Virus record (IMG/VR): IMGVR_UViG_3300020580_000001
Location: 1 to 64,000 of that record
Source of the DNA: a virus
Direction: 5' to 3' (one strand)
Length of the DNA stretch: 64,000 bases
Shown here: piece by piece, positions 34,312 through 44,792 of the stretch
How positions within the stretch are numbered: position 1 is the stretch's first letter
Layout: each line of letters opens with the position of its first letter
The notes under the pieces: generated by a model
Seen by the model: only the letters and a program-made list of their open reading frames with translations
What the model was told of the DNA's origin: nothing
The model's database searches: none
Made by a program: the position numbers and the translations under genes

Positions 34312-35999
34312 TAGATATATTGCCCTCCGGTTGCCGTCGCCCCTGCAATGCTCCCAGGATAATAATTCACCCCTGATCCATTAGTGTTGATCGTTCCGTT
34401 AAGGCTCGCCGAAAATCGCTGTCCAGTTGCCGGGCCGGTAATCGAAGAAAATGGAATTTGGATCGACGCAACTTGTTGTACAACCGCAAATGCTGCGGAA
34501 AAATTAGGAGTTCCGACGAGCGTCAATGCAGTTTGGCCGGTCGATATTATTCCGCCGACCGCCGCAAACATGAATGCCGGCGCCGAACCTACAATATTTA
34601 TGAAAGCTGATGGATTCCCGGTGGCTGTCCCGAGAAAATTAGTGGTTGCCCCAAATTCGCTCTGTACGTGAGAATAAAAACACGCACCAAAAGACATGTT
34701 ATATAATGTAACAGGAACGCTTTGTGTTCTAACTCCACATCCTAAATGGGGCGCGGTGCCATTCGCAGCACTAGATACTGTCATCCCGGATATTGTATAA
34801 CCCGCCCCAGTAACATAAATTGCTTCTCCGGTTGTCGCGCTAACAATCACATTGGCCGGAGTAGTGTTATTCCCAACTATAAGAACCGTTCCCGAGCCGT
34901 TCAATACCGGACATGTAAATGGTGCATATGTACCATTAGCGACATTAACCGTAACAGTAAAATTGTTCATATTCAATGACAGGATGGTATTAATAGATTT
35001 TTGGATAGTAGCAAAAGCATGTCCGGACCCAGCCGCCAGACCATTGTTAGAATCGTTTCCGGCAGACGCATCGACATAATAAGTTCTAGGCGCCAACAAC
35101 GGAGCCGGCGTACCTGGAACAATAAACGATGCCGGACTTACGACACTTAGTAGTCTGTAATTTCCATCATAGACAACTTCACCGTCAGCACCTGCCGGCC
35201 ATTCCGGCCCAAGACCAGATAATGGCGTTCCATCGCCCCATGTTAGCGCCGCGTTAGTACCGACAAGATTTAAGGTTACAGCACCTGTATTCGCCGCCGC
35301 TCCTTTCTTGATAACAAATTGCATGCCGGTAGTAACGGCCGCGATTCCAGGTGACACAGTAGAAACCAGCATGGCATTAGCGGTGCCGACATCAGCGCCA
35401 TAATGATCCAATGCCGCCTGGGGGACTGCCGATGCGCTAATAATTCTCCACTTCGAAGCTGTTGCATCATATTCAAAAACAATCGCGGTATTTATGGAAA
35501 TATCGCCAGGGTTAAGCGCTGTCCCATCCGAATGAACAATAACTGTCGCCGCCAACCCGTTGGCACTGAGAGTCGGATTTGTGGTGGTATTGCTAAATTG
35601 CGGGAATGTTGATAAAGTCATCCCGTCGGCATATGCCGTGATGATTGGCGATGCCGCCACCTGCATCACATTTACCGGCCCAGCATCATGGCCAAAATGC
35701 CATAGAGATGCCTGCGCAGGAGATCCAACAGAGAGCTGAATTGCACTAATAAATTGGGCTTCGAGAGTTGCTATGTTGCCATTATCGGCAACGCTTTGTG
35801 CAAGTGTGTCAGAAATAAACTGAGCAATTGCCGAGGTAATCTCACTGACTTGTCTGATCGCGGTATTCGTCTGGGCCGACGATGCTGTTCCGCTCTGGAA
35901 CCCGGTAAATCGCGATGTCGTTGTTGCCCACGTTGCGGGAGCAATTACATTCGCGCCTGACCCAGTAGCGAAAGGCTGGAAATCATTTGTAACAGGCAT
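34311..35999 (-). CDS. tail fibre protein
   Basis: N-terminal TNDFQPFATGSGANV...GFQSGTASSAQTN.AIRQ anchor; TYYVDASAGNDSNNGL. Confidence 0.85.
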   Translation of the reverse strand: MPVTNDFQPFATGSGANVIAPATWATTTSRFTGFQSGTASSAQTNTAIRQVSEITSAIAQFISDTLAQSVADNGNIATLEAQFISAIQLSVGSPAQASLWHFGHDAGPVNVMQVAASPIITAYADGMTLSTFPQFSNTTTNPTLSANGLAATVIVHSDGTALNPGDISINTAIVFEYDATASKWRIISASAVPQAALDHYGADVGTANAMLVSTVSPGIAAVTTGMQFVIKKGAAANTGAVTLNLVGTNAALTWGDGTPLSGLGPEWPAGADGEVVYDGNYRLLSVVSPASFIVPGTPAPLLAPRTYYVDASAGNDSNNGLAAGSGHAFATIQKSINTILSLNMNNFTVTVNVANGTYAPFTCPVLNGSGTVLIVGNNTTPANVIVSATTGEAIYVTGAGYTISGMTVSSAANGTAPHLGCGVRTQSVPVTLYNMSFGACFYSHVQSEFGATTNFLGTATGNPSAFINIVGSAPAFMFAAVGGIISTGQTALTLVGTPNFSAAFAVVQQVASIQIPFSSITGPATGQRFSASLNGTINTNGSGVNYYPGSIAGATATGGQYI

Positions 36000-36014
36000 T
36001 GATTATTCCCGAAT

Positions 36015-36812
36015 TCATGCAGCAAGCTGTTCCGGAGTGACGCCCCATGCGCCATTATCCCAGCCAGAAATATACTGGTTTTCCACATCCCATCCAAAGA
36101 TTGGAGTACCGTCGACGGATGTTACTTTTACATCCGATCGCACGCCCTCTGGCTTGATCTCTATGAGACCTTGTTCAAGTATAGAGAGTAGTACAATCGA
36201 CGGGATCTTACCGGAAACTGCAATCGTCATAGATGGATCGTTAGCCGGCTGATTTTGAATCGCTAGCGATGGTTCGAACCATACACCAGCATCCCATCCA
36301 TTTAGCGGACCGGCATCCCAAATGAAAAAATTTGATGGCTGAGAAAATGTTGTATGATCGTCTATAAATACGAATGTCGATGGATAAGAGGCAAAGAAAT
36401 TATTCAAAATCGCCTGGGCAGATGAAATGCTTCCGTCCCACGCATTTGCCAACACGATTGTTTTTAGCAGTAGTCTATATGTGTCATCATCGAGAGCGCT
36501 AAGGCCATTAACTGTTGCATAAGGCCCCTGCCAAACTCCACGATCCCAACCTTTTGCTAGATTGGCGCTGTCCCAGCTAAAGAATATATTCGGCAACTGG
36601 ACGGAGATATTTCTCGATTGCCCAACCCAAAGGCCGACTATATCGAGTTGCGCACCGATCGCTTGATCGATGTCAAATTGTTGCGGGAGCCCATTAAGAA
36701 ACGCTTGCAAGTCGGAAAACGGTTGTAAAACCGCCGAGAGCATGCTATTGTATTTAGGCTGGCTTGCATGAAGGCGAGTGACTTTGGCTAGATAATCACT
36801 TACGAGGCGCAC
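36015..36812 (-). CDS. DUF2612 baseplate wedge protein
   Basis: FDIDQAIGAQLDIVGLWVG, LDDDTYRLLLK...NAWDGS, KPEGV. Confidence 0.85.
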   Translation of the reverse strand: MRLVSDYLAKVTRLHASQPKYNSMLSAVLQPFSDLQAFLNGLPQQFDIDQAIGAQLDIVGLWVGQSRNISVQLPNIFFSWDSANLAKGWDRGVWQGPYATVNGLSALDDDTYRLLLKTIVLANAWDGSISSAQAILNNFFASYPSTFVFIDDHTTFSQPSNFFIWDAGPLNGWDAGVWFEPSLAIQNQPANDPSMTIAVSGKIPSIVLLSILEQGLIEIKPEGVRSDVKVTSVDGTPIFGWDVENQYISGWDNGAWGVTPEQLAA

Positions 36813-36998
36813 ATGATCACCACAAAGCTAACCGCAGAAATCACAATAACCGGCGATGATGACTATGCATCCGACCAATTGGAAACGATCGAAGATGATA
36901 TCGAAAGCGGTCTACTTGATAGTTGCGGGTTCCCAGATGGCTTGCAAATTAAAGTCAAAATTTTGGATAGAATAGTCATATCACAATTATATTTATAA
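36813..36998 (+). CDS. small acidic protein, antisense insertion
   Basis: GAGG RBS; fills the gap between two baseplate genes. Confidence 0.45.
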   Translation: MITTKLTAEITITGDDDYASDQLETIEDDIESGLLDSCGFPDGLQIKVKILDRIVISQLYL

Positions 36999-38151
36999 AT
37001 GACACTTGGGTAAAAGGTGCCTCATCGAAGGCTAAAATGATATCGTTTGGCACCGGCATTAAGCCATCTCTTGCTATAGTGATCGAGACAAGCTCGAAAG
37101 TTCCGCTACCGAAACCACCGCTGAGCTGAGCCGGCATGTAGATGCGCGGAAGAAGTATCGCCGCTCCGATCGGAAGCGCATTGATCCACGCAATTAGAGA
37201 AGCTTGGATATTTGATTGAACGACAAACGTAAATCCGACGAGTGCCCTAACGATCACATTGATTGAGATATTGATAATTTCAGGCGGGAAATATGCAATG
37301 TTATGAACGATCCCATAAGCATCTATAATCGGCGTGATTATCGATCCATATGTGGAACATGCACCTGGAGGTTTTTTAAGAGCGATCGTAGTCGCTATTG
37401 CAGTTGTATCCCCGCCATCGACTATAAACGCCACACTATGTCCGGGTAGGCCGTTCACATCCGGAAATGCCGTGTCGTTTTCATAGGCGACAATTCGATT
37501 GACATTTGGGAGTGCGGCGAGCGCGCTAATCGTTCCCTCAAGCGAGGTCTTGGAGGGAATAGCGGTCGAGATAGCCTGCCGCTGCCGCAAGGCCGCGTCG
37601 CTCTCCACAGGGGCTCCAGGAGTGGCCGCAGCGAAGAAAACAGCGCTCTGCCAGCCAAAAGATGGATTGCCTATTGTAGCGGGCCCCGCAGTCGTCGTAA
37701 TGGCCCCAAGAACCGCGCATGTTGCGGTGACCGTGATTTGACCCAATGATGGAATCGTGACCAAGGTAGGGAGATTCCACCGAACTCCGTTAATGTCCGT
37801 AACAAATCCATTGTTTATCACAGTTCCGGCTTGGCCCCCGATTATAACCGGAACTGTGCTAAAGGACGGCACTTTACGAGCTATGCCGTTTATTTTGACA
37901 TTAGAGGCAAGCCCAGTCCCTTGCGCGGTAGCGGGCGAGAAAGAATTATAGACCTCGATTGCTTGATTGTTGACGTCGTCTAGAGTGAGCGCTAAGAGAC
38001 CGACGAATTGACCGTCCTGAGAGTCGTTGCCAAGATATATATCGGCGCCGAAAATTGATTGGAACTGTGAGGTAAAATACGCTAACTCTGTCGGAAAGTC
38101 CGGTTTGTGAATTCCAAATGAATCAATAAAAGCTATCGGAGTAGCGCCCAT
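36976..38151 (-). CDS. baseplate J/gp47 protein
   Basis: DSQDGQ, SPATAQG, ESDAALRQR, YENDT...PGHS...VDGG, KKPPG. Confidence 0.9.
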   Translation of the reverse strand: MGATPIAFIDSFGIHKPDFPTELAYFTSQFQSIFGADIYLGNDSQDGQFVGLLALTLDDVNNQAIEVYNSFSPATAQGTGLASNVKINGIARKVPSFSTVPVIIGGQAGTVINNGFVTDINGVRWNLPTLVTIPSLGQITVTATCAVLGAITTTAGPATIGNPSFGWQSAVFFAAATPGAPVESDAALRQRQAISTAIPSKTSLEGTISALAALPNVNRIVAYENDTAFPDVNGLPGHSVAFIVDGGDTTAIATTIALKKPPGACSTYGSIITPIIDAYGIVHNIAYFPPEIINISINVIVRALVGFTFVVQSNIQASLIAWINALPIGAAILLPRIYMPAQLSGGFGSGTFELVSITIARDGLMPVPNDIILAFDEAPFTQVSFINIIVI

Positions 38152-38164
38152 GATAAATGCCGTC

Positions 38165-40831
38165 TTATGCTAGCGTAGCAGCAAATATTGTCACGTTTTG
38201 TCCGATTGATGTATTGTTCAACCACTGAATTGTTAGAGTCTGCGCTGCAGACGCGGCCTTATAGACGATTGTATATGTCGCCAGTCCGTTATTAACACCG
38301 CCTGAAACGCTCGTATCAGTATAAGGAATAGCAGCCCCATCGCTTAGAGATGCTGTCAATTTTCCATTTGAAAATGCCGCACTACCGCCAACGCTAGTTC
38401 CAACATATATTTTGAGAGTTCTTGTTGTGGTATCAGCCGGCACAGTAAACGACATTCCCGGTCCTGAAGTTGATGATTGGCTATAGACCAAATACCCCTC
38501 GCCGGTAACTGAGGCATCCGGACTTCCGTCTGTCCAGGTTGAAGCAAAACCACCACTTGCCGCGTTATAATTCAACAAAGCAACCGCACCAACTTGGCTA
38601 AGCGCACTTATCTGTGAGCCTCCAGTGCTTTTGCGCTCGATCGAAGCAGCGTTGACATTATAGCCAAAAGCCGCCCAGTCACTCGTGCCAAGCGTCGTAA
38701 GATTAATAGCTTGTCCAGTCGTAAACAAGACAACCGACCCAGACAGTGTCCCGCCACCTGCCAGCTCGTTTATCGAAAGCGTCGTCACATTCGGGGAATT
38801 TGGAGCCGCTGCAAGAGTTTCAGTGAGCGATATATTAAATGTGCCCGCCGTTGCTGGAGGCGTAGGGCCGACCTGAATAACTCCAGACACGAGCTGTACC
38901 GCACCGGAGTGTGAATCAGTCAGCGCCAGCGATGAAGATGGAGTCAGCCCCTGCACCGTTCCAATCACGGAACCTTGCGGATTGTTGCCATGCGCGAATA
39001 CATTAGCACTTAATGTGAGAACGCTTAGCGTGTAGTTGGCATAATACCTAACATAATCAATCCACATATCGTAATAGCCAGCCGGTGGCGCATTATCAGG
39101 CCAGCCACTGCCCATGGCCAAATTGAGCATAAGGAATACATTAATCTGCAAGCCGCCTGGCAAGGCGCTTTTTGCTACGGTTCCCTTTAGTACGTCATCG
39201 AAATATGCCGAGACCGTAGTATTCGTGACTTGCAATCCATAACGGTGGAAATCCCACGAAAGATCAGCGCCGCCCGGTGCCGGGGCACCTGAAAATATAG
39301 CTGTATTTGGCCCCGTCGCAGGTGAGTAGCTGTGCACGTTGGCGTGCCATATAGTACCATCCACTCCATACCATTCACCAATATCCCACTCGACGTTGCC
39401 AATCGAGGTATTGGTGACGGCATCCTTATCAAGAGTCCAGAACGCCGGCCATGTCCCGCCACTCGCTGGAATGTTAAAACTCGTATCAGCAGTTGGTATC
39501 ATGATACGGGATTCATAATATCCATTGCTCAGCAACGGAAGATTAGATGTTCCATCAGGAAAAGCAGTTGCAAGAAGTCCGGAGCGCCAGTGCCGGCCAA
39601 AGCCATATGGATCAACATAATTTGGATCATAGGTTGAGCGGATGCGAAGGAAACTATTTATGATTGTATAAGGATTGTAGACGGAATCGGTGTGCTCGAA
39701 AGCCGCGTCACCGAAATCGCCACCACCTGGCTTATTTTCATACCAAGTGAATCCATCGGATGCCGTAGGGGCCAAACCGGTAGGCCATACCCCAGTGCCC
39801 GGCTTAACTGGCGTTGCACTGAGTGATGTAAATTCATCACTCCAAGTAAGAGGCATCCCACTTGCACCAACCGGAAGCGACCCGATACCAGCCGGCGTGC
39901 CCTGGACTTGCAGTATCATCCGCGCAGAAAGATGAACTGTATAGGTATTATCACCAGGCGGCTTGTTCCAAGTAAAAACAGCCATCAATAATGGCCCTAC
40001 AGCCTCAGCCGTAAGGTCAAGATTTCCGGTGAAATTTCCAGCCACGTCACCAGTAAGTCGGACCGCAAATGCGCCATGGGTCCAAACCTCTACATTGACT
40101 TGCCCAGGCGCTAATACGTGAACAGCTAATGGCGCTCTAGGCACCCCAGCATTTGCATCGGATATTGCAATATATTGCAATGCCGGCGCCGTGACTTGGT
40201 TAGCATTGACAACCGTTGGTGAGAACGGTGTCATAATTATCATCGTGTTGATTGCATTAATAACCACTGCAGATGCGGCGCTTGTCGATGGCGCGCTAGC
40301 CCCACCTGTATTTGTTGCCGTCACGGTAAGTGTTAAAGTTAACCCAATATCGGCGGTGATGGGAGTATAAGTTAACGTTGCCGATCCGGGGCCCATCGCA
40401 TTGACGCCGCCCGCTTTCCATTGATACGCGCTACTTGTGACGGTATGATTCCATACCGCATCTGTTGCGGTAATTGGAGCGCCTACCTGCGGAGTGCCGG
40501 AAATTATTGCTGGGGTAGCAATTGTCGGACTGACATCAATTACAGGAACGGTAGCTTCACTAGTCGCAGCAGAGCTTGAACCAATAGAATTAATTGCAAT
40601 AACGGAAACCGTCAAGGTCTTACCAACGTCGGCAGCTACAGGCGTATAGGTCGAATTCGTAGCTCCCCTAATCGGAGCCCCAGAACGGTTCCATTGATAT
40701 GTGAAACTCATCGTATATCCGACCACGTTGCGGCTAGTATTTGACCATCCTGCGCAATTACAGAAAGTTGCAACAATTGAAGTTCCTACCTTCGGAGTGC
40801 CAGAAATTATTATTAAAGTAACTGTATTCAT
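38165..40831 (-). CDS. Ig-like-repeat protein with GH16 glycoside hydrolase domain
   Basis: WSDEF, GYYESRI, TWPAFW, EWDIGE (ExDxxE), FHRYG, IDYVRYY; YQW repeats. Confidence 0.85.
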   Translation of the reverse strand: MNTVTLIIISGTPKVGTSIVATFCNCAGWSNTSRNVVGYTMSFTYQWNRSGAPIRGATNSTYTPVAADVGKTLTVSVIAINSIGSSSAATSEATVPVIDVSPTIATPAIISGTPQVGAPITATDAVWNHTVTSSAYQWKAGGVNAMGPGSATLTYTPITADIGLTLTLTVTATNTGGASAPSTSAASAVVINAINTMIIMTPFSPTVVNANQVTAPALQYIAISDANAGVPRAPLAVHVLAPGQVNVEVWTHGAFAVRLTGDVAGNFTGNLDLTAEAVGPLLMAVFTWNKPPGDNTYTVHLSARMILQVQGTPAGIGSLPVGASGMPLTWSDEFTSLSATPVKPGTGVWPTGLAPTASDGFTWYENKPGGGDFGDAAFEHTDSVYNPYTIINSFLRIRSTYDPNYVDPYGFGRHWRSGLLATAFPDGTSNLPLLSNGYYESRIMIPTADTSFNIPASGGTWPAFWTLDKDAVTNTSIGNVEWDIGEWYGVDGTIWHANVHSYSPATGPNTAIFSGAPAPGGADLSWDFHRYGLQVTNTTVSAYFDDVLKGTVAKSALPGGLQINVFLMLNLAMGSGWPDNAPPAGYYDMWIDYVRYYANYTLSVLTLSANVFAHGNNPQGSVIGTVQGLTPSSSLALTDSHSGAVQLVSGVIQVGPTPPATAGTFNISLTETLAAAPNSPNVTTLSINELAGGGTLSGSVVLFTTGQAINLTTLGTSDWAAFGYNVNAASIERKSTGGSQISALSQVGAVALLNYNAASGGFASTWTDGSPDASVTGEGYLVYSQSSTSGPGMSFTVPADTTTRTLKIYVGTSVGGSAAFSNGKLTASLSDGAAIPYTDTSVSGGVNNGLATYTIVYKAASAAQTLTIQWLNNTSIGQNVTIFAATLA

Positions 40832-41322
40832 CTTATATTCGTCCACATTCCATCTGTTGCAACAAGCGTCTGGCCTACTTGCACAATTCCAGAAATAGTG
40901 GGGATCATCACATTCACTGGGATTAGAGAAGATATATTTGCCGGAGATGTCGGAATAGATATTGCTCCATAAATTGTGTCAATCTCGGCGTTGACCGTGA
41001 AAGCCCGTGTATCGCGCGCCACATTTGACGAATAGACGAGAATCGCCTTAACACCTTGCGTCCCGAGAATGCGCGATTGAATTGCTGGATCACGAGTGTT
41101 CCTGGTGTAATGACCTAGAACCTGAGTATTCCATGGAGTACCGTCAGAGGTATCAAGGAACCAATCACCGAGAAAAAGATACATGCGGGTTAGAGCGGCT
41201 TGCGCCGGCGCATCCGGGACATTAATCCAGAAATCTGACGATCCATGACCCATTACATAATCACCGCCTTGATAGTTAAATACATTTATATTAGGCGGTT
41301 GCGCAAGTTTTCGATATCTCAT
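40828..41322 (-). CDS. baseplate wedge (gp25/gp46-like) protein with partial Ig repeat tail
   Basis: MRYRKL...GDWFLDTSDGTPW...RILGTQGV...IDTIYG. Confidence 0.8.
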   Translation of the reverse strand: MRYRKLAQPPNINVFNYQGGDYVMGHGSSDFWINVPDAPAQAALTRMYLFLGDWFLDTSDGTPWNTQVLGHYTRNTRDPAIQSRILGTQGVKAILVYSSNVARDTRAFTVNAEIDTIYGAISIPTSPANISSLIPVNVMIPTISGIVQVGQTLVATDGMWTNIR

Positions 41323-41325
41323 CGG

Positions 41326-42537
41326 TTAACCCGCCACCCAAGCCACACCGTTGCAAAAAGCCGGGCATACAACTGAACCGCCGCCGGTTAGTGTGCTCAA
41401 AAAAGCGGGCGCAGGAACCGAATCTGTCACGTAGGCCCGCATGCCTACATTGCTAGCCGGTGGAAACGCGGCATTGAGTGATGCTACCGTAAACCCCGTC
41501 GTTTGAATCGTGGCCCCTGCAACCGCCCCGGTTACCGCAACACTCGATCCAGTAACCGCCCCGCCGCCCGAAATCCCGCCACCTCCGCCACCCGATATAC
41601 CGCCAAGCGCGCTAAGAATTCCACTGATGTTCGTGTTGCCGGCAATGTTCGTATTGCCGTTGATGTTGTTTTGCGGCGCCGTGATATTTGTATTGTTACT
41701 GCCAGTCAAACTAACACTAGGCGCGCTATGCGATATTTCGGCATTCGACGTGCTGTCTATTCCGCCGCTTCCAAGCTTGATTTTATGCTGGCCGTTGAAA
41801 AGGCTATGAACGATCGTATTTGCGACACTATCCAGCGTTATAGAATGCTGGCCATTTTTCAACGAATGAGTGATTTGATTATGATCAACCGTTGATTGAT
41901 GCGTTGTGTTTCCATCAACCGCCTGATGGTAAACTCCGGTTTGCCCAAGGACGAAAGATTGGAAATATTTTTTGGCGTCTTTCCAGGGATTATCGGCTTT
42001 ATCGTCCTTGTCGACGGATTTTGTCGTGATCCCGTTGACCGGATGCACATCATGAGTATGCTTGCCATCCTCACTGCGATTTTGCGCCGATACATTGGAT
42101 ACATTTTTGATCTTGCGCGGATCGCTGCGATATCCGCGGATCGTGAACCCATCGCTCATATGATGAGTGCGCGAATCAATTGGATTATTTTCCGTGCCGC
42201 CGTTTTGATGCCACGTATCATGCGGGCGCGAGGAAAACACAACAAGTGTTTCGTCGCCCTTCACAACCGGCATTGTGTGGACATTCTTTCCGCCGCCATG
42301 ATGATGAATTGGGACGTCATCTATAAGCGGATAGGCGGGATTAGTCTTCTTTCCATCTCCATCAATGACCGTACCGTTAACCGCAATTTGCAATTGCGCA
42401 ATATGCCCGTCCGTGGTATCCTTTGCCACGATTGCAGGCATTGCTGACCATATTTGAGTCAAATGCGAGCGGATTGCATTTGCAATCACCTCGTCATCGG
42501 TAGTGCCTGGAATTTCGGCAAAGAATGGGCTAGTCAT
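41326..42537 (-). CDS. baseplate spike (Gp138/gpV-like)
   Basis: DVPI...PVVKGDE.LVVFS.R...W...R.HHMSDG; beta-helix-like repeats. Confidence 0.85.
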   Translation of the reverse strand: MTSPFFAEIPGTTDDEVIANAIRSHLTQIWSAMPAIVAKDTTDGHIAQLQIAVNGTVIDGDGKKTNPAYPLIDDVPIHHHGGGKNVHTMPVVKGDETLVVFSSRPHDTWHQNGGTENNPIDSRTHHMSDGFTIRGYRSDPRKIKNVSNVSAQNRSEDGKHTHDVHPVNGITTKSVDKDDKADNPWKDAKKYFQSFVLGQTGVYHQAVDGNTTHQSTVDHNQITHSLKNGQHSITLDSVANTIVHSLFNGQHKIKLGSGGIDSTSNAEISHSAPSVSLTGSNNTNITAPQNNINGNTNIAGNTNISGILSALGGISGGGGGGISGGGAVTGSSVAVTGAVAGATIQTTGFTVASLNAAFPPASNVGMRAYVTDSVPAPAFLSTLTGGGSVVCPAFCNGVAWVAG

Positions 42538-42854
42538 AGCGTCTCAAAATATAAATGTGACGTCGTCCCTAGATTGGCAAACGTCGGCACGGCATCCCTA
42601 TTTCCATCCGTAAAGCAATACAAAATAAATCCGAAATTAAGATATTTATATTGTCCAATCATATCGGCACCTGGAACAAGCGGGATGCCGCAAACCATGG
42701 GAATATTGTTCGCGTCGTTTATATCCAAAAGCCAACATGCGCTTGAATCGAGAGTTTGATTATAAATCAATCTCAAATTATAAGTTACGCCGGCAATTGC
42801 TATATTCAATAGCGTATTTGCACTTGTCAGCGGAATCTCGAATTTCTGTGACAT
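42534..42854 (-). CDS. baseplate plug-like protein
   Basis: EIPL...WLLDI...GIPLVPGAD...QY.YL. Confidence 0.75.
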   Translation of the reverse strand: MSQKFEIPLTSANTLLNIAIAGVTYNLRLIYNQTLDSSACWLLDINDANNIPMVCGIPLVPGADMIGQYKYLNFGFILYCFTDGNRDAVPTFANLGTTSHLYFETL

Positions 42855-43433
42855 TCATTGAAAAACCGGAGTTGACGGAGATAGACCACCGGCAGCAAAT
42901 GCATTCACCTGCGCGAAATTATTACCGGCTCCTTGACTTATAGGCTGCTCCGGTCCAAAATTTTGCGGTGCCGATGTCTGATCAGGCAATGCCTGATTTG
43001 CTGTCGTTGCACCACCACCGGATGTATTGGTAATGATGACCATCTTCAGGCCGACAACGACATTGAGAGCATATTCGCTTTCCTGATCGGTTGTGACCAG
43101 GAGTGACGAAACCATCATATTGCTATATTGTCGCTTCCCGGTCGTAACGTTGAACGGCTGTAGGCCGTCCTGCAAGTCGAGAAGCAATCCATAAACTTGC
43201 TGAACATATCCTTCGGATTGCACCGTACTGTTCGAAAACCCACAGCGCATAATGATTTCAGGAGGGCGCTTGTAAGCGTGATCAGAAATCGGGGCACCCG
43301 ATTCAACCGGAAATTCCGTTATTTGAAGTTGATCGTGCCCGATTTCTTCGACCACAATATCAGGAATAATAGTTCCTATAATGCGCGGATTTGGATGAGT
43401 TATTAAAGCGAAATTGGTATCAAGAATAGCCAT
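42855..43433 (-). CDS. Dit-like baseplate/tube initiator
   Basis: ITEFPVESGAPISDHAYKRP, VTTGKRQYSNM. Confidence 0.85.
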   Translation of the reverse strand: MAILDTNFALITHPNPRIIGTIIPDIVVEEIGHDQLQITEFPVESGAPISDHAYKRPPEIIMRCGFSNSTVQSEGYVQQVYGLLLDLQDGLQPFNVTTGKRQYSNMMVSSLLVTTDQESEYALNVVVGLKMVIITNTSGGGATTANQALPDQTSAPQNFGPEQPISQGAGNNFAQVNAFAAGGLSPSTPVFQ

Positions 43434-43436
43434 CTG

Positions 43437-44366
43437 TTAGCCATTCCCGGACCGCAATTGGCTCAATGTCCCAGATCCGCTTTGCGCAACACATGATAGC
43501 TCCATGAACCAAGGATCACCTCTAGAGTCGCCAACATGCTCTATAAATGTAACACGATATATCCCAGCCGGATCAAAGCCGCCCTGAAACAAGCTATTGT
43601 CTATCTTGATCTGTCCCTCGCGGGTTAGTTCTGGCGTAAATCCCTGAATTGATTTCGAGTCGAGATGGATGAGCGAATTCAGCTTGATTTGCGGATTTAT
43701 CAATATCCGCACATTTATTCCGCGCGGTGTCTGCGTCGGCAGCCCAATCATTCCAGTCGCCCGATTGACAATAACCGGAGATCCGGTTCCTTTATCATCC
43801 GGTTTTGTTATATGAAGCTTAGAGTCGGTATGATCATAATGCGCGACGCCTCCAACGCTATTTGCCAGGATATGCATGTAATGCTTTGCCATCCCAAACA
43901 TTGACACAGCACGCGGATATTTGAGACTCATCAAATCGTCTGTCGGTATATTCCCGGCGTTCATGCCATTCATGGTCGACAACAGATATTTATAATGATC
44001 TAGTCCGGTACTGCCTGCCTTAAAGCTCTTATTGGCGACAGCCGTATTATGTGGTTCATCCATAGCAGCGGCAAAAACTGTCGTTGTCGTATCGGTTGCG
44101 TTATCCTTTCCGAGGTTCACCCACTTTATGTCACCGGAAAATATTTTCCCCATATTATCTCGATAGCCGGCCGAAAAGTCAGCCTTCTTGCCCATGGCAG
44201 CAAGGATCGCCTTTGCAGTGCTTGGCGCAAGATTGTAAACACATATAGATGCGGCGATAGGCTGAAATTCCGTCATCCCCTTAATGTCGAAGACGACTCT
44301 CAGATCACCGCCACAGCTTACGCCGCCGGCCGAGAGATTCCAGGCACGCAGCCATTGCCGGCCCAT
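43437..44366 (-). CDS. baseplate hub protein
   Basis: VYNLAP, TGMIGLPTQT, GIYRV...H.GDSRG..W. Confidence 0.8.
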   Translation of the reverse strand: MGRQWLRAWNLSAGGVSCGGDLRVVFDIKGMTEFQPIAASICVYNLAPSTAKAILAAMGKKADFSAGYRDNMGKIFSGDIKWVNLGKDNATDTTTTVFAAAMDEPHNTAVANKSFKAGSTGLDHYKYLLSTMNGMNAGNIPTDDLMSLKYPRAVSMFGMAKHYMHILANSVGGVAHYDHTDSKLHITKPDDKGTGSPVIVNRATGMIGLPTQTPRGINVRILINPQIKLNSLIHLDSKSIQGFTPELTREGQIKIDNSLFQGGFDPAGIYRVTFIEHVGDSRGDPWFMELSCVAQSGSGTLSQLRSGNG

Positions 44367-44419
44367 TTATTATCCGATTGTGCTTGACAAACTGCAAAAA
44401 GGGGTGCTGAATAGAACCC

Positions 44420-44554
44420 GTGAGACAGAAGCGATCGATTGCACTGACTGCCCAGCAACTTGATTTCCTTGAAAAGGAAGCTGCGCGGCTTGGAATAACG
44501 GTCTCGGACCTCATTCGGAGAATTATCGATCAATATCGGGAGGAAAAGAAATGA
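44420..44554 (+). CDS. CopG/RHH-family regulator (44 aa, below cutoff)
   Basis: GTG: MRQKRSIALTAQQLDFLEKEAARLGITVSDLIRRIIDQYREEKK; TTGACA at 44384; ATGA coupling. Confidence 0.75.
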   Translation: MRQKRSIALTAQQLDFLEKEAARLGITVSDLIRRIIDQYREEKK

Positions 44555-44787
44555 AAAACTTACTTATTGCTGTCGCAATCTCGGCGGCGCTAATTTCTGG
44601 CACAACAGCAAAAGAAACCTGGAATGTTATAGGCGATTCTCAGTGCTGGTTTCCAAAGACCTCTAATTATGACGACGGTGAAGTCACCGTCCAATCAGGA
44701 CATGGCTTGACATTGATATGCAAAATCAAACGGCCATTCTGTCTTCCGCCGGAATGCACCACATACGGTCATTCAGACCTGGAGTAA
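44551..44787 (+). CDS. exported moron protein
   Basis: GGGAGG RBS; MKNLLIAVAISAALISGTTA signal; 4 Cys. Confidence 0.65.
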   Translation: MKNLLIAVAISAALISGTTAKETWNVIGDSQCWFPKTSNYDDGEVTVQSGHGLTLICKIKRPFCLPPECTTYGHSDLE

Positions 44788-44792
44788 GAACA

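Noticed and set aside
25139-40831. Diversity-generating retroelement acting on fibre genes
   Set aside because: No reverse transcriptase in the window, and the repeats differ at all bases rather than only at adenines
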